Source: Ramazzottius varieornatus (lineage: Eukaryota > Animalia > Tardigrada). From it: a stretch of 64,000 nt of DNA. The position numbers and the translations under genes are program-made. The DNA lies in the NCBI GenBank assembly GCA_001949185.1, contig BDGG01000001.1, positions 7,328,149 through 7,392,148 on the forward strand, given 5' to 3'. Below the pieces are notes generated by a model. The model had not been told where the DNA came from. It worked only from the letters and a program-made list of their open reading frames with translations, and searched no databases. Positions 12,190-24,167 of this stretch are shown piece by piece. Positions within the stretch are counted from its first letter, which is position 1; the number at the start of each line of letters is the position of its first letter.

Positions 12190-12622
12190 ATGCTACAAGA
12201 CGCCAAGCAGCTCTTCTCCAACCGGGAAGTCATCCGGCAGATCAATCAGTTCTTGGATGAACTCATCACAGGGGACGACACGCAGACGCCACCTACGCCA
12301 TCGGATTCTTCCTTGACCAGCCTGGCTCAACTAGCTCAGGTCCGGGAAGCTATTCTTAGGAAAATCAGGCCCTTCGTCAATGTGAAAGTTTTGTTAGCTG
12401 ATGGTTCTTCCTTTTCTTTAGCAGAATATGGAGTCGCTTTTCAACGTTCCACAAGCCCGACCCAAGACATCGGCAGCCAGCACGTCGTACTCGCGCAAGA
12501 CTGCCGGCCTAGGCAAGACGGTTCCGGAAGACGGTGACGACGCAGTGAATGACATACCTGAGTCGGCAGACTCGTCTCAAACAGACCGCGAAGACTCAGC
12601 GTTACAGTCAGATGGTTCTTGA
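12190..12622 (+). CDS. Small two-exon hypothetical protein with an acidic C-terminus
   Basis: MLQDAKQLF...LAQLAQ|gt...cag|NMESLFNV...SDGS* splices in frame. No family recognised. Confidence 0.5.
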
Positions 12623-12694
12623 GGTTCGAGGTGCATTATAGTTGACAGTTAAGATGTAAAAGGTCAGTAAAGTGACTTAAGTGAGTGAACGAAG

Positions 12695-12760
12695 CGCACG
12701 AGATCGTTTTCTCAAGTGGCGCACGCTTCCAGCCAGTAAGAATGAAGTAGTGCGCATTTT
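12695..12760. repeat. Hairpin family 1 copy, intergenic, right arm truncated
   Basis: gagatcgttttctcaagtggcgca[12724-12750]tgcgca. Confidence 0.8.
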
Positions 12761-13353
12761 AGTTGACGTTCCTGTACGTTTCTAATGCCGGTTTCAATGT
12801 GTTTTAAGTTCACGTAAATTCTAATTTTCACGGAATGAATGAGGCTGCTGGCTGTACAGATTTTGGGTCAAGTTAGAAGTTACAGTGCATTTGACCCCAG
12901 GCTGGAAGTTTACTTGTTATTCTTGTCTGTTTTGATATAAATAAGAGGATTAGCCTCTTCTGTAAAGCATGCTTGGTTTCCGGGCTTTGGAGGCGACCAA
13001 CGGGCGGAAAAGCTTTGTAGTGAGGGTCGTGAGGTTCTTTCGTATTTCACTGTTAAGCTGTTGTTGCCTTCGGGCGAGGTCGAGCTGGACTGCCATTCGA
13101 TCAATGCCAAGCGTACTCGACATTCGACTGAATGAAAATCAGAATCAGCAAAATAATCTACAGTAGATGAAAACAGCGCGAAAGGTTCGATTGCGGAGGG
13201 ATATATGCGGTTACTTGTACCGAAAGATAGGAGTTCGAACAGAATGCTAAAGTACTGTAGGAAAAGGATTTGAAACTGCGAACGATCTTCTTACCGAACA
13301 CCAAATCATGCAATCGGCGGAATAACCAAGTATTGGAAAGTTACACGTTTGAG

Positions 13354-13566
13354 ATGCCGTGGTGTTATCGTTTTGTAATCCTGGTCTTTTTACTGTGCTG
13401 CCCGACCATGTCTAAGACCTCCATGCTGGATGAAGGAATGGACACGAGCTCGCTGTCGACCGGCGGTAGTTTTACCCAGCTTTACCAGGGAGAGCGGCGC
13501 ATCATCCCAGAGTTCGTCATGGCTTTTGCCAAGTTTGGAGTTTGGTATCAGATGGCATTGTTCTAG
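13354..13566 (+). CDS. Candidate 70-aa secreted peptide precursor
   Basis: MPWCYRFVILVFLLCCPTMS (signal-like), an acidic/Ser spacer, GERR, then a 21-aa hydrophobic tail. ORF-shape evidence only. Confidence 0.35.
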   Translation: MPWCYRFVILVFLLCCPTMSKTSMLDEGMDTSSLSTGGSFTQLYQGERRIIPEFVMAFAKFGVWYQMALF

Positions 13567-13694
13567 AAACCCCAATTTGAAGCCAGTGCGAATTCCCTCA
13601 TAACAGAATTTTTTTCAATCATGACTTTCATTTGAGTGTGTACACGACGGACTTTATTCTGCAGTGAAATTAGTGTGAGGTGAAGAAAACTCTA

Positions 13695-14863
13695 TTACGA
13701 ATGCAATAAAGGCAGCAAAGATGCCGCTAGCTTCTCCGGCTCCAACTTGATCGTCAAATTATATTTAGCAAACGTGACAACGACAGCTTTATCTCCCGTC
13801 TCGTAGACCATGCAGGACCCTTGGGGATGGGCTTGTTGCGCGCGGAATACTTCAGCGGGGTTGCCCACGATAGCGGCGCAACCATTGACCAGTGAGCGCA
13901 CTCTTTGCTTGCCAGACGAGGAGTCACCCGGCGTTGGAGATCCTTTAAGGGATAGGTTGGTCGGTTGTGGAGACTCTGGTCGCTCACGTTCAGAGCGGAG
14001 TGATTCGGCTAGTCGTTCGATCCGCGAACCGTTGGTGATGGAGTCTGCCGGGCGCTGTTGGAGAACCAGGACGGATCCGTGGGAGTTTGGATTCATATGG
14101 CCGAAGTCGGCCTGTTCGGATGATTTGTGCTCGAGGGCCATGCGTGGTGGGTTCAGGCTAATGTCAGGTGGATGGTCCCCCGAACGCTTCCGGTGGCGTC
14201 GTGGTCGATATTTGTAGTCAGGATGTTCCTATAACGCACAAGTTAGTCGCACCAGTGCTGAGTGCGAATACAATATCGTGTCGTAAACGGACATATTTGA
14301 GAGGCCGACAAGTGAAACGTCTAAGATTGTTGTTCCCAAGTGGCGCAAGTTTTCATTGTTACAAGCCGGAAGGGCGCGCCGCTTGAGGAAACATGTTTGC
14401 TGGTCTCCCATTGATAGAGTTGAGTGTTGGTTTTCGTATCAACGTACTCTTCTATGCTGGGCTCCGATCATACTAGCTTGTTCCCGGTACGGTTTCTTGT
14501 CGAAGTCCGACATTGTCTTCCATTCTGCTCCCAACATGCGGCTGATTTCCGAGTTATGCAGCTTCGGCCATTTATCCGCAATTTCTCGACGTCGAGCTGA
14601 TGACCACACCATGAATGCATTCTGGAAATAGCCAAGCCTTTCAGAACCAAAATTTCCCAAGCATAAAATAATCCGTAGTAAACTTCCCAGGTTGGGCTTT
14701 CGTTACCGGTATGACTGAACAGACTGGTGAATCAACTAACCATCGGTCTCTTGACGCGTTCCCTGTCACTTGGGTCTTCCGTGTCCGAAACAGCAAAATC
14801 ATTGGGAGGAACCATTGAAAGTCCGGTAATTTGCGAATAGATCAAGCGTTGCATTTTTGTATC
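13695..14863 (-). CDS. Sox-family HMG-box transcription factor (divergent, SoxB-like); 5' end unresolved
   Basis: Spliced HMG box RVKRPM|NAFMVWSSARRREIADKWPKLHNSEISRMLGAEWKTMSDFDKKPYREQASMIGAQHRR|EHPDYKYRPRR. Confidence 0.9.
14310..14405. repeat. Hairpin family 1 copy, intron within the Sox HMG box
   Basis: cccaagtggcgca[14348-14374]cgcgccgctt. Confidence 0.85.
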
Positions 14864-15594
14864 TGCCAATAAGCCAAAGATATCCACCAATATCCCTTCG
14901 GGCTTCCGAGCATCGACAGTACCGGGAGAAATGTTTTTGGTCTTCGGAGAACCGTGATTACTTCAACAGACGGTGGAAATACGGACGTCAGTTCATGGCA
15001 GGGAAAATTGTAAAACGCTGTTTGGATGATGGCAGACGTGAAAGGGGGAAATTTTCTGTTGACGACGAGTCTCCTAGCACTGATGCAATTCCCAGTTGCG
15101 TCTATTGAACCAGCGGAATGAGGAAAATGAAGACCGAAGCCGATCTTTATCATTGAAGGTCTCCGATGGGTTATAGTGTTCACTGTTCAAAAGGGCACTG
15201 CAGTGCAGCAGCTGTATTGAAATGCAAAGAACCATCGTGGTGTGCCTAAATAGAATGAATAAGGAAGCAAGAATGTATGCGAGTATAGTGCCTCGATTTA
15301 TTCGGCGCGACCATTATCTACGCAGTCTATAGAAAGGAAAGCTCGAAAGGACGACCAAAGGCTGTTATTGCCGAGCCCATCTTGTCACTCGAGCAAAATA
15401 GATGAAATGGACCTTTTGTTCACGTCGCCGCAAATAGGACAGAACGCCATGGAAATGTTCAGATGTCGCGGTTTGAAGTATGGCTGATGGGTATTCGAAA
15501 TGAAGATGCATGGCAGGCCGTACGGTGACTTTAGGCTGCGGTGACGTCATCGCGGAAATGTTCAATTTTGTTTCAGTGCCGTTTTCCTGCGGTA

Positions 15595-15770
15595 CTGACA
15601 ACCTGGATACATTTAACCGTACATTTTATCGGTGCGCGAGTATGCAGGTTTGTTGAAAGCGTTCTGTCATACGAATGACCACGAAATGAGCTGCACTGGT
15701 CTTTCATGCTCCTACAAACATGCACTAAAGGCTAAACGTACAATGTCTTGTATGCAGGTTATAAGATCTG
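15595..15770. repeat. Hairpin family 2 (AACCTGCATAC-~30 nt-GTATGCAGGTT), two degenerate units
   Basis: acctggatac[29 nt]gtatgcaggtt and cctacaaac[30 nt]gtatgcaggtt. Confidence 0.55.
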
Positions 15771-17155
15771 GTTGCTGTTCATTTGCCGCTTTCTGAAGAT
15801 GAGGTTCACTGGTTTTGCAACCGATGGCCAAACACGAAGTTGCTTTTCTTTCCCAGTGCGAACATTGTCGGTTTGAGTGTATGAGGCATGTGCTTCGCTC
15901 AGAGTTCTCGGTAATCTCCTTCCTTCGCGCCATGTCGAACGTCGAGTACAATGGATAGCATTATTAACAGTCGGCCCAGCTAGGCAGCTATTCATGGGAA
16001 CGAATACAATGACTATTGACGTCTGCATGACTGCTTTGCAAAATTATCAAACGGAAGCTGTCATTGCTTTGCTCCAGGCCTTTATTTAAAAAAAGAGCTC
16101 AGGCCTTTCCTTTGTTTCGTGACCGAGGAAAAGAGTGTAAAGAAAACGAGAGAAAATGTCGGCGGATAATTGCTGGTGAGCTTCGACCGGTCCTATCAAT
16201 GGAGGGCATCGAAGACTAATGCAACCCCATTGTATTCTTTCTTTCATGCGGGCTTGACAAGTCCCCGGCCAGGCAATGCATTCAAGTACGCGCTGATTCA
16301 GCTGCGCCATACCCTGCTGTTTGTCAAAACGTCACGTTATCCTAGAATGCGAGTTGCAATCGCTAAGTGGTACTTTGTCACGTTGAAGAACTGTTGGACT
16401 AGGTAACGAGCAGATCTATGAAGCATAATGGAGGGCGTTAATGGAATGCGTCAGTTTTCGTATCATTGCGCTTACAACAAAACAGACCATTTACTTGAGC
16501 AACAGGAAAAAAACTATTCACTGGACAAAAGACAAACAACTGGGTTTGCTACTTTTTCGGCGCCAAAGCGAGACATACAGCGGAAACCGCGAACAACGAG
16601 AGCCTTCCTGTCGAGGGGAGTACCGCTTACGCAATCCATGGCCAAACGGTAAAAATTGAAACAGGATGCGCTGTTCGTCGGGGAAAGGGATCTTTGCTCA
16701 CGTGGTACTTCGGGGATTGGTTCTGGGTAAGTTAACAGGTTCCCGATTACATATGCCTAGAACCCTGGAGGAGCCGCGTCAGCTGGGTAACAGTGGTGAA
16801 TTACTTTGAAATATTGCAAACTCTGCAGCACATCCATTACACTTGAAGCGAGGCGAGAAGGTACAAAACAAATATGGAAGAATCGCCTCATTAGCTACAG
16901 AAGGCAAAACGTCAGTTTAAAGTGCAGACCTTCCCATCATCGCTTTCCGTGCCACCTTGACGGGAATCGTTCATTTTGCGCGTTGATGGTTCCGCATTGT
17001 GAACCGTTCAAACCCGGATATGGTGTTATTTCTATGAGGTTTTTCGTGTATCAAGATCGGCCCACAAAAAGAAAACAGGCGCCTGTGGTTTTTTGCTGCT
17101 ATTTTTCTCTTTCGATTTCTGTACTGTTTTTGTAAAGTTCCCTCCTCGAGTCAAC

Positions 17156-19897
17156 ATGCCCAGATCAGAACTTTACAAATCAGTCACTGCATCATTACGG
17201 GATAGCACAGAGCCTCCGGGTTCTTGGAAGCTTGCAGCAGATCATCCGCAGCAGTTCGGCCCTTTCTGGCCTTCCGGGTCGAACGGACACCAGGGAAATA
17301 CCCAGGACGATCCACCTTCCTTGCAAAAGGACGCTCTGCCGTTACCGTTCTGGACTAACGGAGATGGTCCGTCATTCAGTCCACCTCGGTTCAGCTTTCC
17401 CAACGGACTTCCCAGACATCCTCCTGACAGTTCCCCACCACCAAGTATCGATGGTGAGTCGCTGCAAATCACTCTGAAGTTTACATTGAGTATCCACTTG
17501 AGAACAAATCTAACCAGGTTTTTTTCAGGTGGTCGTGACCCATCCCACGACTATCCGTGGAATATTGACTGGAAGGGCGAACCGCCGCCACTAAGGGACG
17601 CTGAATATTATCGTAATCTGACGACAGCTTTGGCTACGGCGCTGCCTTTGATCATGTCTTTCGTCATTATCTTCGCCCTTTACAAAACGTGGCCGAAACC
17701 GGTAAATTCAATTTTAGCTTTTTCACAAAGCGTAGTGGGCAGACGGAGTATCGAATTTGTGCACTGTTTTCTCTTATTCCGTCCAGCTGCAATGCTTGAT
17801 CGCATGTGTCTCGTGGTGCCGCCCACGAAGGTACACGAGACATCCTGCAGTTCGCTTCTCCGCATCGAAAGAATTCTTGAATGAACGGCAGAACCCAGTC
17901 AAGCTGTGTCCTGCTAAGTATTATTCACAAGCGAGCCTGAATAAAATAACCATCGGGTCCGCGAACATCGAACTGAGTGAGTGCAGTTTTTCCATATGTT
18001 TAATCTGTGAGGTCTAAACCGTCATGTCTTTTCAGCTGAAGTTGTGCTCGGTCGTGGAGAGTACGGATTAGTAACCAAAGGATACGCTTCCGGTCTCTTC
18101 GGGTATCCACCTCGGACCTTGGTGGCCGTCAAGACGATGATCAGACCCGATGATCCCAAGCAGCGGGATAACTTCCGCAGGGAAATCGAGACAATGGTCA
18201 CCATGGGGCGCCACTTGAATATCGTCAACCTTCTGGGTACCGTCGCTGAAGGTAAAAGAATCCAGGGAGAGAAACTCGAAATTCCATGACCCTCGCACCG
18301 GTACAAAGAGAGCCAAAAAAGTTCGAGTAATCGGATGGAAGGTTGGCAAACGAAACACACAGGATTATCATCTTGAGTGGCGCAAAGTTTCAGTTACAAA
18401 AAATGAAAAATGTGCGCCACTTGGGAAAACGATCTCGAGGGTCTCGCTTGCCAACCTCCCAGATGTATTAACATTTCAAAATAATTAAAAGTTATCAAAT
18501 GATCTCTTATGTCGACCTGGAAGATGTCTCCGGTCGTAGGTAACTTGATGTTGATCATGGAATACTGCGCTCACGGTTCGCTGAAGCGCTTTCTCAGGAA
18601 ACAACGACCAGAGTATTTTTACAACCACGTCGACGCGGACGGATACCTCTTACCCTTCAACGAGGATGAGTATCGGAAAAAGCAAGGCATTCTAGACCGT
18701 CGGACAGCGGACGTATACGGTCTCAATCCAGGGACTGCCAACAAGACTGCCATCGCTACGAAGGACCTGATTGCTTTGTGCTATCAGATAAGTCGCGGGC
18801 TGGAGTTCCTCGCATCCAACTCGCTTCTCCATCGAGACATCGCGGCGAGAAATGTCTTGGTCACGGATAAAATGATTGTCAAACTGTCCGATTTTGGCAT
18901 GGCGAAGAGGGTGGCACAGGATACAGAAACGGTCGAAGACGCTTTTGTACGCCCAAAATTCTACAAACGCAAATTGTTCCTTTTCTAGTATATGTGGTTT
19001 GCTTTTCAGTTGGCCTGTGGTGTGTATACGCTAAATTCAATCATGCTTTTGGTATTTCATGAAAGCTCGTTTTTTAGGATTTTTCAGCATCAAACATTTT
19101 ATGTTTCAGAACCTTTTCGATACGTAATTTCGATGCTTCGAATTCGGATTGTATTTTTTCAGGAATATCCGATGCCGGTCAAGTGGATGGCACCAGAAGC
19201 TCTCGCTCACCGAACGTTCTCACAGAAATCTGACGTCTGGTCTTTTGGGATGCTCGTCTATGAAATCTTCAGTCTGGGCGAGGACCCCTTCAACGGAATA
19301 GCAGTGCAAGGACAACTGGTGGACTTCATCGCCAAACTTATGGGCGGATACCAGATGCAACGACCGCCTTACTTCCCCTTAGAGCTGTATGATGGAAACA
19401 CTGCGTTTACTGTTTTAAGAAATTACTGAAAGGAGATGGGACCCAGGGAAACAAGCTCGACAAGACCGCTTGTACCAGTGGCGCACTCCTCTATCCAATA
19501 ATACGGAAAGCGTGCGCCACTTGGAAAACAAACGCTACAAGATCGGTTCTCCAAGTGGCGCACACTTCTAGCCAGTATCGCCGACAAGGTGCGCCACTTG
19601 GGGGAAACAGTCTAGTCGAGCTATTCTCCGAGTTTCCAAATTGATTCGGTACTTAATTTCAGGTTTGTGAAGGTGGCTGTGAGATGCTGGGAACTGAGTC
19701 CGGCTGACCGACCTACGTTCGTCGAACTAAGGGAAGTTGTGGAAGACTACGTGCCGTTGTGGAGGCAAGAAGAGTACTTGGAGATGAGCCAAGAATACGA
19801 AAGCTTCAATCAGATGTTCGGGAACATTCATAACAACGCCTATGTCGACATTAACTACGAACAAGTCCAGTACGTCAACACGTCCGCCAAGTACTGA
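17156..19897 (+). CDS. Receptor-type tyrosine kinase (FGFR/PVR/Ret-like kinase domain) with a short Pro-rich ectodomain; 5' end uncertain
   Basis: TM helix LATALPLIMSFVIIFALY, then VLGRGEYG, VAVK, a kinase insert, HRDIAARN, DFGMAK, PVKWMAPE, SDVWSFG and CW..P..RPTF. Confidence 0.9.
18345..18460. repeat. Hairpin family 1 copy, kinase intron (28-nt spacer)
   Basis: gagtggcgca[18385-18412]tgcgccacttgggaaaacgatct. Confidence 0.9.
19445..19638. repeat. Hairpin family 1, tandem double unit, kinase intron
   Basis: Spacers at 19486-19512 and 19563-19589; units are 77 nt apart. Confidence 0.9.
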
Positions 19898-20043
19898 AAC
19901 TGCAAATCGGAAAGACAGGAAAGACTCGGAAAAGAAACACGAAACAAGTAAGTCTACAAAAAACAAACTTTGTAATCAACTTAGACGACCAAAAAAACAA
20001 TGCTAAGTGAAACAGGAAAAAATAGAAGGTTGTATTGAGACTA

Positions 20044-22663
20044 TCATTTGACCTTGCCAGAGGCAGAAACCGACTGGGAGGGTCCCCGTGGGGATGGTAT
20101 GGCAGGCGTGGACTTGGAGGCGGAACCGCGCTGTGGGGAGGGCATGCGCTCGTTCACTCTGTCCAGCGCTTTGGCTTGTTTGAAGGACCTGACGCCTTGT
20201 GCGCCATTCAAGGCTGTAAAGAGAAGAAAAACAAAGGTGAATGTGAAGAAAACAGCCGCCGAATATGCTGTGAGGTACTACCTTGTAGTAAGGTATCTTT
20301 TCCCCCAGCGAGAGCGCCCAGCGGCAGCACTCCGTTTGGCGAAACAGCCTTCAGCTTCGACACATTTTCTTGTTCCACCCTAAGAGATTATTAGGTTTGA
20401 ATCTTGAGAAAGTATGGCGAAAACCGTAGAAAGAAATCAAAAACTCAGCAGCTCTCCCTTTGATATGTACATTCCAAACTTCCAAAGAAACACACCGTAA
20501 TATGTCATAAAATCGCGCCATGCGAGCAAAGGCTTGAATTTTTGCGTTGATCAGCTGACGTCGCTCCGGCGAGAGCTGGCTTTTGGTTCTTGCAGGCCGC
20601 TCTGCCTCTAGTTTCTCTGAAAAGGGCAATACCAGTCAGATACACTCTTCCAACAAAAAAAACTGTCTTGAATCAGCTTACTTTTCACGATCTCGTACTC
20701 ATTAATCACTGAAAACGAGATAAGAATATTTGATGGTAATTGAAACTTCTGCGAATGGATTAATTAAGGGAGATGCGTTCACGTACCGCGGTTGTAAGAA
20801 ACGCCCTCACCGACCACTGAAGCTCGATGGTGAACTTCTTCCTGTAGTTCACCATCGCTACATACACTGAGCAGAGACAACAGCAGATCCGTCACTTTCT
20901 CCACAACAAACGGGAAAGACCAGACCAAGACATCCATAAAGTTAGGCAGCCAGTAGGGGTGCTCCTGATTCTTAAACTGCCGGATGTTCATCTTTCCCTG
21001 TTCATACTTGAGGATGGCCGCCTTGTTCTGGTAGACGTCGAGGTAGTTTGGGGCGGAAAAGACGGTGATCAGTGCAGGGAAGCCCGTCGCCTTGTTTTCC
21101 TTGTACATCTTGTAGCCCATATCTTGAACTTCATGGGCTCGTATCACAGACAGGAGGTTATTGCGGTTCAGAAAGTCGCAGACTGCGGGATAGGTGTAGT
21201 AGTACGAGCAGCCTCGAGTCGCGTTGTGCAAGAAGAAATCATTGTTCTTCTCGTTGCCGAAATCGCTGTTGGGATCAGACCAAAGCACGTCACAGAGAGG
21301 TCCGTGAGCTGGTGGCTCTTTGAACCGATCGATCTGTCAATCGAAGAACTCATCTGTATAACTGGCAGATAGCCTAAGGGAATCTCACGAACCTGCATAC
21401 AGGATTGCCAGATGTCGAAAGGAGCCAACTATATGCAGGTACGTGAAATCTGTGGAGCAGCCTAGAGTGAATTTCGCCAACCTGCATACAGAACCACCAG
21501 ATTCTGGAAAGAGTCGCTCGTATGCAGGTTCGTGAGATTTGTCAAAAAGTGACTGACTGCGCTTACCTTTTGGACGTCAGCGAGCGTTTGGATTTCCGGC
21601 GAGATTCCTCCATGAACACAGAAGAACTGGCCGTTCAGTAGAGCCCCGATCGGTAAACAGTCAAAGGTTTCCATACAAACGCGATAGAAGTTCTCCGAGT
21701 ATTTGGTTAGACATTCTGCGCGGAAGGTGAAGTGCTCTGTCAGGTGGCGACATTCATGGTTGCCGCGTAGCATGTGTAAGGTGGTGGCATGGTGAAGCTT
21801 TTGGGCCGCCAGGTACACCATACACTATGGGGAAAATCGAACCAGGTAAACAATGTGGAGTGTTTGGAAAAAAGGGAAGTATGTGGAGGGAAGTAGTTTA
21901 GTAAACTAACTGTCAACGAACTTCAACGGCAAAGTACCCGCGATCGACGTAATCACCCAGGAAAAGGTACCGTTGATTGTCGGGGTTGCCTCCCACTTCG
22001 AAGAGCTTGACTAGATCGTAAAACTGCCCATGGATGTCCCCACAAACAGATATGGCTGTAAAAAGGTACAATGAAGGCTCAAGGCGAGCAACATAGGCAA
22101 GCAAACCGAACGAAATCGTTTTTCCATGTGGCGCAGGATTCAAGTCAATTACATCAGGAATGTGCGCCACTTGGCAAAACAATCTTGCCAAATTTGTTTG
22201 CTGCGCTTCCAAACTGCAGAAAATGTGAAGAAGAGGAGTCGGTGAGGGCCAAATGATTTACTGGAGGTGGGTGCGTTGATTTCAACCACGTTGGGCTCTT
22301 TGCGGAATAGTATGGATGCTTCTTGGACAATACGAGTTGCCACGTCTTCTTCCAGCCGTCCTTCTTTGACAAAATGCTCCATGATGACAGCGAGGCGAGG
22401 TCGGTTCGTTGCAGGATCGTAAACGTCGGTCATGGTCAACCGATAGGCAGGAGGCATGGGGAGAGCTAGAGAAACAAGGCTGAGCGTTCGTTCGTAAGTA
22501 CGAGATAGTTTAGAAGATACCTCACCGTTTGGTGTATTCGAGGCTTCTTACTTTTGAGAACACGGTCCATGGAATAATTCTTCCACTGCTCAGGCGTGGG
22601 AGTAACGGATTCGACCGAGGCAGGTGCCTTTCGTCCCAGTGCATTCGCGACGCCTAAGACCAT
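20044..22663 (-). CDS. Calcineurin A (PP2B catalytic subunit), divergent paralog
   Basis: [51 protein letters not shown], CaM-binding-like [19 protein letters not shown] and autoinhibitory [16 protein letters not shown]. Confidence 0.95.
21381..21539. repeat. Hairpin family 2, tandem double unit, calcineurin intron
   Basis: aatctcacgaacctgcatac[21401-21430]atatgcaggtacgtgaaatc and aatttcgccaacctgcatac[21490-21519]gtatgcaggttcgtgagatt. Confidence 0.8.
22098..22205. repeat. Hairpin family 1 copy, calcineurin intron
   Basis: tgtggcgca[22136-22162]tgcgccacttggcaaaacaatcttg. Confidence 0.9.
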
Positions 22664-23518
22664 GTCTTCCACTCAAAAGAATCGACAGTGAAAATTTTGC
22701 TACAGAAATTTCCTATATTTTCTCAAATTAGAATTTCGTGGTCCAGCAACAAGGTCAAGTAGGCTTCTCGTGGAGAATACTGTACAGCTTCTTGAAATGA
22801 GCGTATTGTTCCTTTCGACTTCGGCCTACTGCCGAAATGGGAGTGAGTAAGTAGTCACGGAAACATGTGCCACTATGAATGGGTTCCACGATGCTATTCA
22901 CACGAGAGAAGGAGAGATCCTTGGCTTCCTGGCGTGACTGACCAGAGACTCTGTTCTGCTGCGGAGCTGTTCGTACTAACTTACGTAGGTAGACCGTGGG
23001 CGGGTTGGGAACTCGAGTGGCACTCAGGCAGGGATAACGGAGTTCCGGGTGGCTTTCCCATCCGACAAGTCGAACAGATGACAACACTTGATCGTTGCGA
23101 AGTCAATACGGCGCTGGAAAGCCGTGCGGTGTGCATGGGTTCAGGCAGTGGCCCATGGTCGCAGTCGCGAGGAAATGCAAGCGCAGCAAGATCTGGAGAG
23201 TGTTTACGGAAGTCCATGCGTGCCGTCGGCTGTATCGTCCCCTTCGATTCTGCTTACGCGGTCCGGCCTTCCTTGTCGGTAACCGCCATTTTCGCAGAAC
23301 AAGAATAGCTCAAGCCAGGACGAACCAACAATTGAGAAGTGGTTGTCCTGCAAAACGGGACTGATGTACGTAAACAACCGGCTAATTTCGCCTATATAAG
23401 CCATCGTACCTTGACGACTGGTATCGAAGTATTCAACTGTCTTTCTGACTTTTCCAGGATAAAATTTTCTAACTGAACAGTTTTTCGAGTACGGTCTAAT
23501 TTTGATTTCACTTTGAGA

Positions 23519-23941
23519 ATGAACGCTCTTTTACTCTGTACATCGTTGGTTCTCCTTGCCGTTACAGTTTTTGCTCAGCAATCAACAACATCTGCAAGCT
23601 CAACGGACAGTCCTGTCACCAACGCTACCGCCGGACCGGAAGGAGGACACAGTGGAGAATCGTCGGCGTCTTCCGAAGAAGTGAACGGAACCACCAACGC
23701 AACCCACCCCAAACCTCACAAGCCACACTTTAAACCCCACCATGGAAAGCCCCATCACGGTAATCACTCCGATGAAAGCTCTAAATCCAGCTCGTCCGAG
23801 TCCAAAGATGACTTCAAGGGAAAGAAGCATCCTGGAAAGCATGGACATCATGGACGACCCGACAAACACCATCATAACGCCACAACGTCGGCTTCATCGA
23901 ATATCACAACAGCATCCCCATCTACGACAATAGCTGGTTAA
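23519..23941 (+). CDS. Orphan secreted His/Lys- and Ser/Thr-rich disordered protein, 140 aa
   Basis: Signal peptide MNALLLCTSLVLLAVTVFA; His blocks HPKPHKPHFKPHHGKPHHGNH and KKHPGKHGHHGRPDKHHH; TATA-like tatataag at ~23393. Confidence 0.85.
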   Translation: MNALLLCTSLVLLAVTVFAQQSTTSASSTDSPVTNATAGPEGGHSGESSASSEEVNGTTNATHPKPHKPHFKPHHGKPHHGNHSDESSKSSSSESKDDFKGKKHPGKHGHHGRPDKHHHNATTSASSNITTASPSTTIAG

Positions 23942-24167
23942 TACCTACTAACCCCTCCGTCTACCATTGGTAAAACCCTGTTTCATACTTTTATGCATTT
24001 CATTTTTCACAAGTTACTGGTTCTTTGGCGGTGCTGAGCATCGTAGCAACAAATGTATCTGTTACACAGAAGAAAATGAAGGAACGCAGTTGTAATGCAG
24101 TATGAAGTAGAGCGATAGAGCTTGAACAGATTAGAGCCAGGTTTCGCGGGTTAATTCTATCGGTGAA

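Noticed and set aside
20035-21372. Plus-strand ORFs overlapping calcineurin
   Set aside because: They are antisense to a well-supported gene and have no independent coding signal.
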